Origin: a bacterium HR21
GTDB lineage: Bacteria; Bacteroidota; Ignavibacteria; Kapaibacteriales; HRBIN21
Assembly: GCA_002898295.1 (NCBI GenBank)
Contig: BEHX01000008.1
Span: forward strand, 4,506 to 68,505
Direction of reading: 5' to 3'
DNA: 64,000 bases
Positions 1 to 9,531 of the stretch are shown piece by piece. Position numbers and translations under genes: made by a program. The notes beneath the pieces were generated by a model. That model had not been told where the DNA came from, made no database searches, and was given only the letters and a program-made list of their open reading frames with translations. The stretch's first letter is position 1, and the number at the start of each line of letters is the position of its first letter.

Positions 1-1046
1 GGACCCAAGACCGCAAACGGAATTCCCAAAGCGCCCAGGGAAAGCAGCTTGAAGTAGTCAATCGCCGCCTCGTACTCAGCAACCAAAAGCGGTCGCAGGA
101 TCATGTCCGCAAGTCCAAGTTCCAGCACCACAACACTGCTACCGATCCCCAGGAACGTCATCGACAGCACTTTCGCCAGAAGTGTCCGCAACTCCTGCTG
201 TGCTCCCGCTGCAAGGAGACGCACAGCCGCTGGATGGAGCAATCCCGTCACGAGGTCAAACAGCGTGTCGAATACCCGGTAGAAGGTCTTCGCGCTCTGG
301 TAAATCCCGACGACAGCGACCCCGAAGAAGTACTGCACCGCGTACACATCGAGCTGCCGCAACGCCGTGTGCAGTGCCGATGCCAGAGTCTGCGGGAACG
401 TAAAACGGACAATTTCTCGCAGCCGAATCGTCCCCGACCAGCCAAAGCGCAGCCACGGTCGGCTCAGCACAATCCCCACCAGTGAGCTGACCGCCATCCC
501 GCTCAGGGCAATCAGCGCCAATTCATCAAACGTCCGCAGTTCCCGCTGCCAGAAAAGCCAGATTGTGAGCAGCGCCATCGTGCCTACCCAGCTCAGATCC
601 AACCAGAAAACCCGCTGCATTGCCAGCTCTCGATAGAGCAGCTTGACGCAGAACGTCCGCGGCAGGCTCAGTACACAGAACGGGACAAGCACCGTAGCAA
701 CCCGTACCAGTTGCGGCTCCCGGAACAGCTCCGCCAGAGGGTAACGCAGAAGCCAGAACAGTCCCGCCAGTCCAAGAACCACCGCCGCATGCAGGATTCC
801 AACCAAGAGGTTGACCCGAGGCTGCTCCTCCAGTCGAGCCCCGAACTGGACAAGTCCCAAAAGGGCAGAGGAATCGCTGAGGATGAAAATCCACGTCTGC
901 ACATTGACCAGCAGAGCGAAAAGCCCGTATTCGTGCGGCGGCACTACGGCAATCTGCAGCAGCATGACAAATCCATAGCCCACAAAGAGCAGACGCCCTG
1001 CTACCGCCCAGGAAAGCGTACCGATATGCTGCTGCAAGCGTACCAT
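1..1046 (-). CDS. Oligosaccharide flippase / Wzx-like polysaccharide biosynthesis membrane protein (3' end runs off window)
   Basis: Translated by hand from ATG at 1046 (MVRLQQHIGTLSWAVAGRLLFVGYG...PHEYGLFALL...QLDVYAVQYFFGVAVVGIYQSAK); open to the window edge, multi-TM, MOP-family pattern; absent from ORF track because no stop is in the window. Confidence 0.75.
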   Translation of the reverse strand, partial: MVRLQQHIGTLSWAVAGRLLFVGYGFVMLLQIAVVPPHEYGLFALLVNVQTWIFILSDSSALLGLVQFGARLEEQPRVNLLVGILHAAVVLGLAGLFWLLRYPLAELFREPQLVRVATVLVPFCVLSLPRTFCVKLLYRELAMQRVFWLDLSWVGTMALLTIWLFWQRELRTFDELALIALSGMAVSSLVGIVLSRPWLRFGWSGTIRLREIVRFTFPQTLASALHTALRQLDVYAVQYFFGVAVVGIYQSAKTFYRVFDTLFDLVTGLLHPAAVRLLAAGAQQELRTLLAKVLSMTFLGIGSSVVVLELGLADMILRPLLVAEYEAAIDYFKLLSLGALGIPFAVLG

Positions 1047-1053
1047 TGAGGCG

Positions 1054-1061
1054 CAAAAATA
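1054..1061 (-). promoter_or_regulatory. TAnnTTTG (-7) promoter element TATTTTTG
   Basis: Matches Bacteroidota housekeeping-sigma consensus, 7 nt upstream of ATG 1046. Confidence 0.55.
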
Positions 1062-1073
1062 GCAGCCCACCCT

Positions 1074-1883
1074 CTACCCTACCGGGGCTTCCAGAACTGC
1101 AACCTCAAGCACCTGGCGTAGACGGGGTGCCAGATGCGTCAAGACGTGGAGGACCTCGCGGTGCGAAAGTGGCTGCGCGCTCCGCCCTGCCGCCCAGTTC
1201 GTCACCACGGAAAACGCCAACACCTGCATTCCTACCGCTCTAGCGCAGTGGAGTTCGTGCACCGTGGACATCCCTACCACATCGGCTCCAAGCCGCGAGA
1301 GCATCCGCACCTCTGCCGGTGTCTCGTACGATGGTCCCAGGACTGCAGCGTAGACACCCGATGGGACACAGAGTCCCTGCGCCGCTAAACGCTGCTGAAC
1401 CCGGTGCCACCACAGGGATTCCAGATTGTGCCCCCGCCCCAACACCAGCGGCAGGCTGCGGAAAGTCATATTGAGCACTGCCCGCAAGTTGAGGATATCT
1501 CCCGGGGCAACCGCCTCAGAGACTGCCCCGGCAGCGTTGGTCATGATGATGGCACGGCTTCGCAGAAGCGCCGCCAGCACCACCGGCGCAACGACCTCTC
1601 CGACCGAGTACCCTTCGTAGAGATGCACTCGCCCACAGAAAGCCAGGACAGGGACTTTCCCAACTCGGCGCAGCTCCACCACCCCAGGATGTCCTGCCAC
1701 CCTCGGACAGGGGAAGTCGGGCAGCTCCACATACGGGATCTCCGCCAGGCATACGCCGGGAAGTGCCTCCGATACCCCAGACCCAGCAATGAGCGCAAGG
1801 CGCGGCTCCTCCGGCAGAACTTGCCGCAGCTTCTGTGCCGCTGCTTCCCACCGCCGACACTGCTCTTCCAGCCACCGCACCAT
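1074..1883 (-). CDS. punA: Purine nucleoside phosphorylase (trimeric, PNP I / xanthosine phosphorylase family)
   Basis: IAGSG, VAGHPG, GRVHLYEG, GPSYETPAE, VGMSTVHE, VVTNWAAG motifs; start taken at ATG 1883. Confidence 0.9.
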   Translation of the reverse strand: MVRWLEEQCRRWEAAAQKLRQVLPEEPRLALIAGSGVSEALPGVCLAEIPYVELPDFPCPRVAGHPGVVELRRVGKVPVLAFCGRVHLYEGYSVGEVVAPVVLAALLRSRAIIMTNAAGAVSEAVAPGDILNLRAVLNMTFRSLPLVLGRGHNLESLWWHRVQQRLAAQGLCVPSGVYAAVLGPSYETPAEVRMLSRLGADVVGMSTVHELHCARAVGMQVLAFSVVTNWAAGRSAQPLSHREVLHVLTHLAPRLRQVLEVAVLEAPVG

Positions 1884-2031
1884 TCTCGCAACACCCCGGC
1901 AGGAGATGGAAACGTACAGCCTTCCCACCAATTTGCTGGGAACATACCCAGCCCAGCGCCTGTATAAGCCGACCGCGGCAGCAGCAGAGCAGCCCTTCAC
2001 CCTTCCCTGCGCCCCGCACGGGGCACCTCGG

Positions 2032-2074
2032 CTACAGCCCGCTCCCGATATGGGAGACGGGCTGTAGTGTTTTG
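2032..2074 (+). terminator. Strong hairpin with T-rich tail (terminator-like)
   Basis: CTACAGCCCG-CTCCC-gatat-GGGAG-a-CGGGCTGTAG followed by TGTTTTG. Confidence 0.4.
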
Positions 2075-2098
2075 TGCACGCAGGCTCGCCGCGCGGTG

Positions 2099-2106
2099 TA
2101 GTTTTG
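2099..2106 (+). promoter_or_regulatory. TAnnTTTG promoter element TAGTTTTG
   Basis: Consensus match 7 nt upstream of ATG 2114. Confidence 0.55.
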
Positions 2107-2113
2107 CACTGCT

Positions 2114-3220
2114 ATGGGTGCTTCGCTCCTCAAAAGAGTCGAAATCCAGCTGCGCCGTTGGCTGCTCCGCCGATGGGAAGGAGCGGCGCCACTTCTGGTC
2201 ACGACGCCCACACCCCTGCTCCAGCTCCATCCGGGTTCCCGGGTGCTCTTTCTCCGGCAAGACCGCATCGGCGATGTGCTCGTGAGTATCCCCCTCCTGC
2301 GGAGCTTTCGCCGGCATTTTCCCGAGGTTTCCATCGAACTGCTCCTGGGGCGAACAAACTGGGAGGTACGCCATGCGACCAGACCCTACGTAGACCGCTG
2401 CTGGCGCTATGAGAAAACTCCCCGCGCGCTGCTGCGCCTCCTCTCAGAGCTGCGAGCACAACGCTACGACGCCCTGGTGGACCTTATGGACAATCCTTCG
2501 GTGACTTCCTCCGTGTTTCTGACCATCGTCCCGGCAAGGGCTCGGGTTGGGATCGCAAAGGGGAACGACGCTGCCTATACGCATGTGGTACCGCTCCTGG
2601 AGCGCTCGCGTGTTCACATTGTGGAGCGGCTCGCGCAGCTTCTGCTCCCGTTCGGTATTGACCCAGTCGGAGAGGATTTGCGTCTTGAGTATCCGATCAC
2701 CGATGCCGAGCGGGAATGGGCAACCGCGGTCCTGGGTCCGTGTCGGAAGGCATACCGTGTTGGGATTAACCTCGCTGCCTCGCATCCTGATAAAACCTGG
2801 AGTGCAGCACAGTGGAGCACCTTTCTCCGGGAGCTTTCGCGGAAGCATCCGGAAGCAGAGCTTCTCCTCTTTGCCTCACCTGCGTACGCCCGGGCGCAGG
2901 CGGAAATTGCCGCAGAAACAGGGGTACGTCCTGTCCCCACCATGCCGTCGTTCCACCAGTTCGCGATTCTGCTGGAACGCTGTGACATCATCGTCACCCC
3001 GGACACCGCTGCCGTTCATCTAGCAGCGGCATGGCAGCGTCCATGCGTTGCGCTCTACGTCTGGGACCGCCCCGAGCTAATGCCCTGGCTCCCGTATCGC
3101 TCGCCGCACGAGGCAGTCTATACCCGACAGAGCCCGCTGCAGAATCTTCCTGTGGCCGACGCGCTCGATGCTTTTGAGCGCCTGCTGAACCGTCTCAGCC
3201 ATCCGGTCAGCCCTCAATGA
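2114..3220 (+). CDS. Glycosyltransferase family 9 (ADP-heptose:LPS heptosyltransferase-like)
   Basis: RQDRIGDVLVSIP, KTWSAAQW, VTPDTAAVHLAAA motifs. Confidence 0.88.
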   Translation: MGASLLKRVEIQLRRWLLRRWEGAAPLLVTTPTPLLQLHPGSRVLFLRQDRIGDVLVSIPLLRSFRRHFPEVSIELLLGRTNWEVRHATRPYVDRCWRYEKTPRALLRLLSELRAQRYDALVDLMDNPSVTSSVFLTIVPARARVGIAKGNDAAYTHVVPLLERSRVHIVERLAQLLLPFGIDPVGEDLRLEYPITDAEREWATAVLGPCRKAYRVGINLAASHPDKTWSAAQWSTFLRELSRKHPEAELLLFASPAYARAQAEIAAETGVRPVPTMPSFHQFAILLERCDIIVTPDTAAVHLAAAWQRPCVALYVWDRPELMPWLPYRSPHEAVYTRQSPLQNLPVADALDAFERLLNRLSHPVSPQ

Positions 3221-5073
3221 AGCCCAGCTGGCTCTTTCGGGAAACGCTCCGCCGCTTCGTCCTTCCCTCGGGGAAGCTGCTCCTGCTGGCGCTGGGGTTG
3301 AATACGGCGCTGTCCGTGGTAAGTACTGCCTCCATCGCTATTGTAGAGCCGGTCTTGCGCGTGCTGTTCGGGCATGCGCCGGCTCCGGCACCTGCTCCGC
3401 CGACGGATTTTCTCGGACGCCTCAAGGCAACGCTCTTCGAGACCGTCGCTGCCTGGGTTTTCGTCCCCTCCCCGGAGGCAACCCTGCTGCGGCTCGGGGG
3501 ATTTGTCTTTGGGCTCTTCCTGCTGAAGAACCTCCTCAAGTACGCCAGCGCGCTCGTCGGGGTACAGCTCGAAGAAGGGATCGTCAAGCGTCTCCGCGAT
3601 GCCCTCGTCCAGCGCTTGGTACGGCTTTCGGTCGATTACTTCGCCCAGCAGCGGACCGGCGAGCTGATGTCGGTGGTCACCAATGACGTTGCCGTACTCA
3701 ATTCCCACCTTGTCGGGGCGCCTCTGACGCTCGTGCGCGAGGGGCTGCAAGCTGTGCTCTTCCTCGGCATCCTCGTGCTCCTCTCCTGGGAATTGACCCT
3801 TGTGGCCGTGGGGGCAAGCCTGATAAGCCTTGTACTGATTCGCACCGCGACGCGCTATCTGCGGCGCTACGGGATGCGGATGCAAGCAGCGATGGCAAAC
3901 TACACAGCCATTCTCCAAGAGCTGTTGAGCGCCATCCGAGTAGTCAAAGCTTTCTCTGCCGAGTCGCGGATGGCAGATGCCTTTGCCCGGGAGACATCTT
4001 CCTACGTGCGCTCTGCTGTCAAGCACCAGCGTGTCCTGGCATTGCTGCCGGGAATCAACGAATTGGTGGCAATTGGCGCACTCATCCTCGTGCTGGTCAT
4101 CGGCGGGTATTGGGTCTTTTCCGGGCGCATGCAGCCTCACGAGCTGCTTACCTTTCTTTTCTGCTTCTTCGCCCTGATGGCACCTGTCACGGCGGTGCTC
4201 CACGTTATCTCGCAGCTCCAGCGTGGACTTGTCGCTGCCGAGCGAATTTTCCGCATCCTGGGGCAGGAACCGAGCGTGCGCTCCGGGCACCGCCCTGTTG
4301 CCGGCTTCCGACACGAGCTGCGGGTCGAACGACTCTGCTTCGCCTACCGCCCTGGAGTCCCAGTGCTGGAAGACGTCTCGTTTGTGCTCCGCAAGGGAGA
4401 AAAGCTCGCTATCGTCGGTGCCAGCGGGAGCGGGAAATCCACTCTGCTGGACCTGCTCATCCGCTTCTACGACCCGACCGAGGGACGCATCCTCCTTGAC
4501 GGAATTGACATCCGCGAACTCCGTCTGGAGGAGTACCGTGCCCTCTTTGGCATCGTCCCGCAGGACGCACCGTTGTTCAACGATACGGTTGCCAACAACA
4601 TCCGTTTCGGGGCACCCGAAGCCTCCCTGGAGGAAGTCATCCGCGCTGCGCGCCTTGCCAACGCTCACGAGTTCATCATGGAGCTACCGCGAGGCTACGA
4701 GACCCTCATCGGCGATCGCGGCGTTCTGCTCTCCGGCGGGCAGCGGCAGCGCATCGCCATTGCCCGTGCGCTGGTGCGCAATCCCGCAATTCTCCTCTTC
4801 GACGAGGCGACCTCTTCCCTGGACACAGAATCCGAGCGCCTGGTGCAGCAAGCAATCGACCGCGCCCTGGAAGGACGCTCTGCCATTATCGTAGCGCACC
4901 GTCTGTCAACCATCACTGGCGCCGATCACATCCTGGTGCTCGACCGCGGGCGGATTGTCGAACAGGGGACCCATACAGAGTTGCTTGCCCGCAATGGGCT
5001 CTACGCCCGCCTCTGGTCCCTGCAGTTTGCCGACACCCCGCTACCGACGACGCACGGGCAGCTCGAAGACTAA
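3217..5073 (+). CDS. msbA: MsbA-like ABC exporter (TMD + NBD)
   Basis: N-terminal TM helices, Walker A GASGSGKST, LSGGQRQR, LLFDEATS; overlaps the GT9 stop. Confidence 0.75.
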   Translation: MKPSWLFRETLRRFVLPSGKLLLLALGLNTALSVVSTASIAIVEPVLRVLFGHAPAPAPAPPTDFLGRLKATLFETVAAWVFVPSPEATLLRLGGFVFGLFLLKNLLKYASALVGVQLEEGIVKRLRDALVQRLVRLSVDYFAQQRTGELMSVVTNDVAVLNSHLVGAPLTLVREGLQAVLFLGILVLLSWELTLVAVGASLISLVLIRTATRYLRRYGMRMQAAMANYTAILQELLSAIRVVKAFSAESRMADAFARETSSYVRSAVKHQRVLALLPGINELVAIGALILVLVIGGYWVFSGRMQPHELLTFLFCFFALMAPVTAVLHVISQLQRGLVAAERIFRILGQEPSVRSGHRPVAGFRHELRVERLCFAYRPGVPVLEDVSFVLRKGEKLAIVGASGSGKSTLLDLLIRFYDPTEGRILLDGIDIRELRLEEYRALFGIVPQDAPLFNDTVANNIRFGAPEASLEEVIRAARLANAHEFIMELPRGYETLIGDRGVLLSGGQRQRIAIARALVRNPAILLFDEATSSLDTESERLVQQAIDRALEGRSAIIVAHRLSTITGADHILVLDRGRIVEQGTHTELLARNGLYARLWSLQFADTPLPTTHGQLED

Positions 5074-5430
5074 CGGGCTGTTGCAGGCATTGCTCTCGAT
5101 AGTGAAGCGGAGCCGCTCTTCGCGCTCATCCCCAAGCCCCGCAGCCGTAACCATCACCCGCAGTATCCCGAGCGAATCCGGTGGGACACCGCCTCGCTGT
5201 ACGGAAACCGTTGCACACCAGCACTCACTCCGCACAGCCCGGAGCTGCAAGAGCTGACCTCCCCGATTGCGGAAGAGCACAGTAACAGTGGCAAAACGCG
5301 CTGTATCCGGTAGCTCAATGCTCGGCAGTGGCTGCAAGAGCTCCAGCTCTGGGGGAAATGGCTGGGCGCAGAGGGCTGCTGTAGCCAGCAGCCCCCCTAC
5401 CAGGCTACCGGAGAAGCTCTTCGAGCACAT
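5041..5430 (-). CDS. DUF1573-like Ig-fold secreted protein
   Basis: Signal peptide, FRNRGGQLLQLRAVRSECWCAT and TIESNA pattern typical of DUF1573. Confidence 0.6.
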   Translation of the reverse strand: MCSKSFSGSLVGGLLATAALCAQPFPPELELLQPLPSIELPDTARFATVTVLFRNRGGQLLQLRAVRSECWCATVSVQRGGVPPDSLGILRVMVTAAGLGDEREERLRFTIESNACNSPLVFELPVRRR

Positions 5431-6139
5431 CGCCGAATTCGTAGAGCCCCTGACGGTGGACAATCCACTCTGCTGCCAGTAACGCCCCGGCGGCAAAGGC
5501 TCGCCGGTGCTTTGCCCGATGCACCAGCTCAATTCCCTCGCTTGCGGCATCCAGATACACCACATGGGTCCCGATGAGCTCCCCACCCCGGGAGAAGCTC
5601 AGATGGAGCGCCTCCGGTGGCAGTGGACCGGTCTCCGCTGTGACGATGCGCTGCTTCCGGGGACATGCCTGGAGAATCGCCTCCGCGATCCGCAGAGCTG
5701 TGCCACTGGGAGCATCACGCTTGTGCCGATGGTGCAGCTCGTGGACGAAGATATCGAAATCCGCAAACGGTGCCACAAGCCGCGCGGCATACTGCACGAT
5801 GCGCACGAAGAGCTGAACGCCGAGAGCAAAGTTGCTGCTGTAAACAACCCCACCGTGGAAGCGGGCAACGAGCTCTTCCAATTCCCGGCGCTGTGCCGTC
5901 CAGCCAGTTGTCCCGATCACCAGCCGTTTCCCTGCCGCCAGCACCTGCCGCGCTGTCCCTATGACAGCCTCCGCAACGGAGAAATCGACCACAACATCGG
6001 CTGCCTGGAGGTGCGCTGGTTCCAGCGGGCGAGAGCGGGAGGCGACCCCAACCACCAGGAAACCGCGCTCCTGTGCCAGCTGCTCCACCTCCCGCCCCAT
6101 CCGCCCGTAGCCGACCAGGAACAGCGCCGGTTTTGCCAT
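5405..6139 (-). CDS. dapB: 4-hydroxy-tetrahydrodipicolinate reductase
   Basis: GYGRMG, IGTTGW, SSNFALGV, ELHHRHKRDAPSGTA. Confidence 0.95.
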   Translation of the reverse strand: MAKPALFLVGYGRMGREVEQLAQERGFLVVGVASRSRPLEPAHLQAADVVVDFSVAEAVIGTARQVLAAGKRLVIGTTGWTAQRRELEELVARFHGGVVYSSNFALGVQLFVRIVQYAARLVAPFADFDIFVHELHHRHKRDAPSGTALRIAEAILQACPRKQRIVTAETGPLPPEALHLSFSRGGELIGTHVVYLDAASEGIELVHRAKHRRAFAAGALLAAEWIVHRQGLYEFGDVLEELLR

Positions 6140-7650
6140 CACGAACCAGGCTCTGCTGGTGTGGACTCAACGGCTCCTTCTCTCCCTGCCGCCGGTGCGA
6201 CCTGCTGCCCGAGCACGCTATGTTTGCGCCCGTAGACAGCGTAGATCAGCAACCCCAGCGCCATCCAGCCCAGCAGCCGAATCCACGTATCGAGCGGCAA
6301 CGAGAACATCTGTGCCAACGACACCAGCGCCCCACCGATGGGAATCACCGGCATCAGCGGTACGCGAAACGGGCGTGGGAGGTCCGGGCGCGTGACGCGG
6401 AGTACGATCACCGCAATGCAGACAATCGTAAACGCCAGTAATGTCCCGATGGAGACCAGCTCCCCGAGAATACCAATTGGGAAAAGCCCCGCAATGATCC
6501 CAGCACTCGTCCCTGTTAGGATAGTCGCCCGAGCTGGGGTACGGAAACGCCTATGAACGTGCGAGAAAAACGGCGGCAGCAGCCCATCCTTTGCCATGGT
6601 GTAGAGAATCCGCGGCTGCCCCAGCAAGAGGACCAGAATCACCGAACTCAAGCCCGCAATCGCCCCGAGCTTGACGGCATGGCGTAGCCAGTAAAGAGGT
6701 TCGCCACTGGCGCTCTGCATCGCATTGACTGCAACCGCCATCGGATCAGGCACTCCCAACTCACTGTAGTGGACTACCCCCGTCATAACGAGCGCCACGA
6801 GGATATACAGCAGCGTGGAAATCCCCAACGAGCCGATGATCCCGATGGGCATATCCTTCTGCGGATTGCGCGCCTCCTGCGCCGCGGTCGACACCGCATC
6901 GAAACCAATGTAGGCAAAGAAGATCACCCCTGCTCCACGGAGCACCCCACTCCAGCCGTAATGCCCAAACTGCCCAGTGTTCTCCGGGATAAACGGCATC
7001 CAATTGGCGACGTTGACATACGCCGCCCCGAAGAGGATAAAGAGCACAATGACGCCCACCTTGATAATGACGATGATGTTGTTGAAGGTCGCCGATTCCC
7101 GAATCCCGAGCACCAGCAGCGTGGTAAGCACCGCAATGATGGATGCTGCCGGCACATTGAACAGCGCCCCTGTCTGCGACCACTGCCCCGTTTTGGGATC
7201 AAATGCCAGCGGTGCCGAAGCCCACTCCTTCGGGATGTGGATGCCTAAGTCCGCCAGCCAACTGACGACATACCCAGACCAGCCCACCGCCACGGTTGAA
7301 GCCCCGAAGAGGTACTCCAGCAGCAAATCCCAGCCAATGATCCAGGCGAAGAACTGACCCAGTGTCGCATAGGCATACGTGTACGCACTCCCGGCAATAG
7401 GGATGAGCGAGGCAAACTCCGCATAGCAGAATGCCGCAAACATGCATCCAATACCGGAGATCACAAACGACAGAGCAATTGCCGGTCCCGCATACTGCGC
7501 CGCTGCCTGCCCTGTCAGAACAAAAATCCCCGCGCCGATAATTGCCCCGACACCGAGAGCAACGAGGTTGGTCGGTCCCAACACTCGCCGCAGCTCCTGA
7601 GTCTGCTGAGCTTCCCGAATCAGTTCATCAACGGACTTGCGCACGCGCAT
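6139..7650 (-). CDS. APC-family amino acid permease (cationic amino acid transporter-like)
   Basis: GVGAIIGAGIFV, GSAYTY, FFAYIGFDAVST; about 12 TM helices. Confidence 0.92.
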   Translation of the reverse strand: MRVRKSVDELIREAQQTQELRRVLGPTNLVALGVGAIIGAGIFVLTGQAAAQYAGPAIALSFVISGIGCMFAAFCYAEFASLIPIAGSAYTYAYATLGQFFAWIIGWDLLLEYLFGASTVAVGWSGYVVSWLADLGIHIPKEWASAPLAFDPKTGQWSQTGALFNVPAASIIAVLTTLLVLGIRESATFNNIIVIIKVGVIVLFILFGAAYVNVANWMPFIPENTGQFGHYGWSGVLRGAGVIFFAYIGFDAVSTAAQEARNPQKDMPIGIIGSLGISTLLYILVALVMTGVVHYSELGVPDPMAVAVNAMQSASGEPLYWLRHAVKLGAIAGLSSVILVLLLGQPRILYTMAKDGLLPPFFSHVHRRFRTPARATILTGTSAGIIAGLFPIGILGELVSIGTLLAFTIVCIAVIVLRVTRPDLPRPFRVPLMPVIPIGGALVSLAQMFSLPLDTWIRLLGWMALGLLIYAVYGRKHSVLGQQVAPAAGREGAVESTPAEPGS

Positions 7651-7728
7651 TACCGGCTACCACTGTGTGACATCCTCAAGGGCGCCGCAAATTAGGGAAC
7701 CCATGCCACTCGTATCGGGCGCTACCCG

Positions 7729-7736
7729 TAAGTTTG
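7729..7736 (+). promoter_or_regulatory. TAnnTTTG promoter element TAAGTTTG
   Basis: Consensus match upstream of peroxiredoxin. Confidence 0.5.
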
Positions 7737-7782
7737 CCGTGCCACACAGCTTGCACTGTTCCACAAATCGCAGGTGTGTCCA

Positions 7783-8265
7783 ATGCCCGTTGATGTCGGA
7801 CAGAAAGCCCCGGACTTCACGCTCGTGGATACAGAACTCAAACCTCGATCGCTCCAGGAGTTCCTCCAGGGCGGCAAGCCGGTTGTCCTGGCGTTCTTCC
7901 CCGGAGCCTTCACCGGGGTCTGCACGAAGGAGATGTGTACCTTCCGCGACTCCTTCAGCCGGCTGCAAGACCTGAATGCCACACTTGTTGCCATCAGCGT
8001 GGATGGTCCCTTCGCAAACAAAGCCTTTGCGCAGGAACACAATCTTCCCTTCCCCGTACTGTCTGACTACACCCGGGAAGTGGTCCGGCTCTACGACGTC
8101 TACCACGAGGACTTCGCCGGGCTGAAGGGCTACACGGCAGCCAAGCGAAGTGTCTTCGTCCTGGATAGCACCGGAACCGTCCGCTACAAGTGGGTCACCG
8201 AGAACCCGGCAATCGAGCCGCCGTACGAGGAAGTCTTTCGCGCTGTAGAGCAGCTCCGACACTAA
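7783..8265 (+). CDS. Peroxiredoxin (BCP/PrxQ-AhpE type)
   Basis: APDFTL, FFPGAFTGVCTKEMC, ISVD, RSVFVLD. Confidence 0.92.
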   Translation: MPVDVGQKAPDFTLVDTELKPRSLQEFLQGGKPVVLAFFPGAFTGVCTKEMCTFRDSFSRLQDLNATLVAISVDGPFANKAFAQEHNLPFPVLSDYTREVVRLYDVYHEDFAGLKGYTAAKRSVFVLDSTGTVRYKWVTENPAIEPPYEEVFRAVEQLRH

Positions 8266-8272
8266 ACGAAAC

Positions 8273-8301
8273 AAGCCCCACGGGGAACCCCGTGAGGCTT
8301 T
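8273..8301. terminator. Probable bidirectional intrinsic terminator
   Basis: AAGCCCCACGGGG-AA-CCCCGTGAGGCTTT hairpin between convergent genes. Confidence 0.6.
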
Positions 8302-8304
8302 ATC

Positions 8305-9531
8305 TCAGGGCAGCAATACAATTTCCACGCGCCGGTTCTCCTGCCGTTGCCACTCGTAGACTTCCGGATTCCACAGGGGTCGGCTCTCCCCATAGCCGCG
8401 TGCCACAACTTGCCAAGGCGCCGCCCCATAGCTGAGAAGGAGCTGCCGGACGCGTTCGGCACGCTCCTGCGAGAGCCGCCGATTGAGGCGCTCACTCCCC
8501 GTCAGGTCCGTATGCCCCTGAACTTCAATGCGCACATGCGGGTAGCGCCGGAGATACTGTGCCCACTCCATCAGCACAGGATGGGCAGAGGGCTCGATGG
8601 CAGAGGAATTCGGCGCAAAGCGGGCAACAACCCGCTGCGGGATGCCACTGTCGGGATCGATCGTCTCCAGGAGCTGCTGCAGAACACGCACGAGCCGCTC
8701 CAGTGAGACGCGGTACGGCGGGGCAACCCGTACGGTGACACTCCCGAAGCGGCTCCGGAACTCAACTGCATAGGCTCGCTCGGGTTCCTCTACCTCGTAG
8801 GTCCGAACCTCGGGCGCGCCTCCCGGCGCTTGCTCCTCTTCAGCAGGAGCCTGCTGCGGGGGCGGGGCACCTTTCGTAATCGGGGGCTCCTCCGTCCACG
8901 GACGGGCACGCACGACCGGTATAAGTGTCCGCTCAACATATGTCCCACTGCCGTACGCTCGCAAAATGAGCACCTGTCCCCGAGCAAGAGGATACCAGAG
9001 ATTCCCAACACTGCCCAGCCTCCGGGCAATTCCAATAAGCTCGACCGAATCGGCATCCTCAACATCCCACTGGATGAGGACACGTTCGCCCTCAATGGGT
9101 TCCTCCGGCACGATGCGAAACATCCGAATGAGAGGCACCGACCGCCGGATCACCGGCGGCTCCACCCCGGAGCGCTCCTCCCGCGGAGGCACCGAGCGCC
9201 GCGAGACTGGTAGCGTATCGCCCGGCTCTTGTCCCCAGCGGGGATGAACGACGACGCTGGCGATCCGCTCCGCTGCTTGAGCCCCCCGATAAGCACGCAG
9301 CACGAAGGACTGCCCACTAAACAGCCGCTGCCGCAGACTCCCGCTTTCCCCCAGACCTGTCGCCAGCCCAGCAATTTCGATAGAATCCGCATTGCGGACC
9401 CGCCAGACCAGAACGGTGCTCTCCCCTGCTGTCACCTCCGGGGGAATTGCCTCGAAACGCTCAATGACCGGTACCGTCTGGCACCCAACACCGATCAGCA
9501 GCACAGCACAGGCGATAGATACGGGACGCAT
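8305..9531 (-). CDS. OmpA-family peptidoglycan-binding lipoprotein with two Ig-like repeats
   Basis: Lipobox-like LIGVGC; C-terminal IEVQGHTD...NRRLSQERAERV...GYGESRP...NRRVEI. Confidence 0.85.
   Translation of the reverse strand: MRPVSIACAVLLIGVGCQTVPVIERFEAIPPEVTAGESTVLVWRVRNADSIEIAGLATGLGESGSLRQRLFSGQSFVLRAYRGAQAAERIASVVVHPRWGQEPGDTLPVSRRSVPPREERSGVEPPVIRRSVPLIRMFRIVPEEPIEGERVLIQWDVEDADSVELIGIARRLGSVGNLWYPLARGQVLILRAYGSGTYVERTLIPVVRARPWTEEPPITKGAPPPQQAPAEEEQAPGGAPEVRTYEVEEPERAYAVEFRSRFGSVTVRVAPPYRVSLERLVRVLQQLLETIDPDSGIPQRVVARFAPNSSAIEPSAHPVLMEWAQYLRRYPHVRIEVQGHTDLTGSERLNRRLSQERAERVRQLLLSYGAAPWQVVARGYGESRPLWNPEVYEWQRQENRRVEIVLLP

Noticed and set aside
2032-2067. REP element (hairpin bounded by CTAC/GTAG)
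   Set aside because: GTAG is at the 3' foot rather than 5' of the palindrome; single copy in the window; no RAYT
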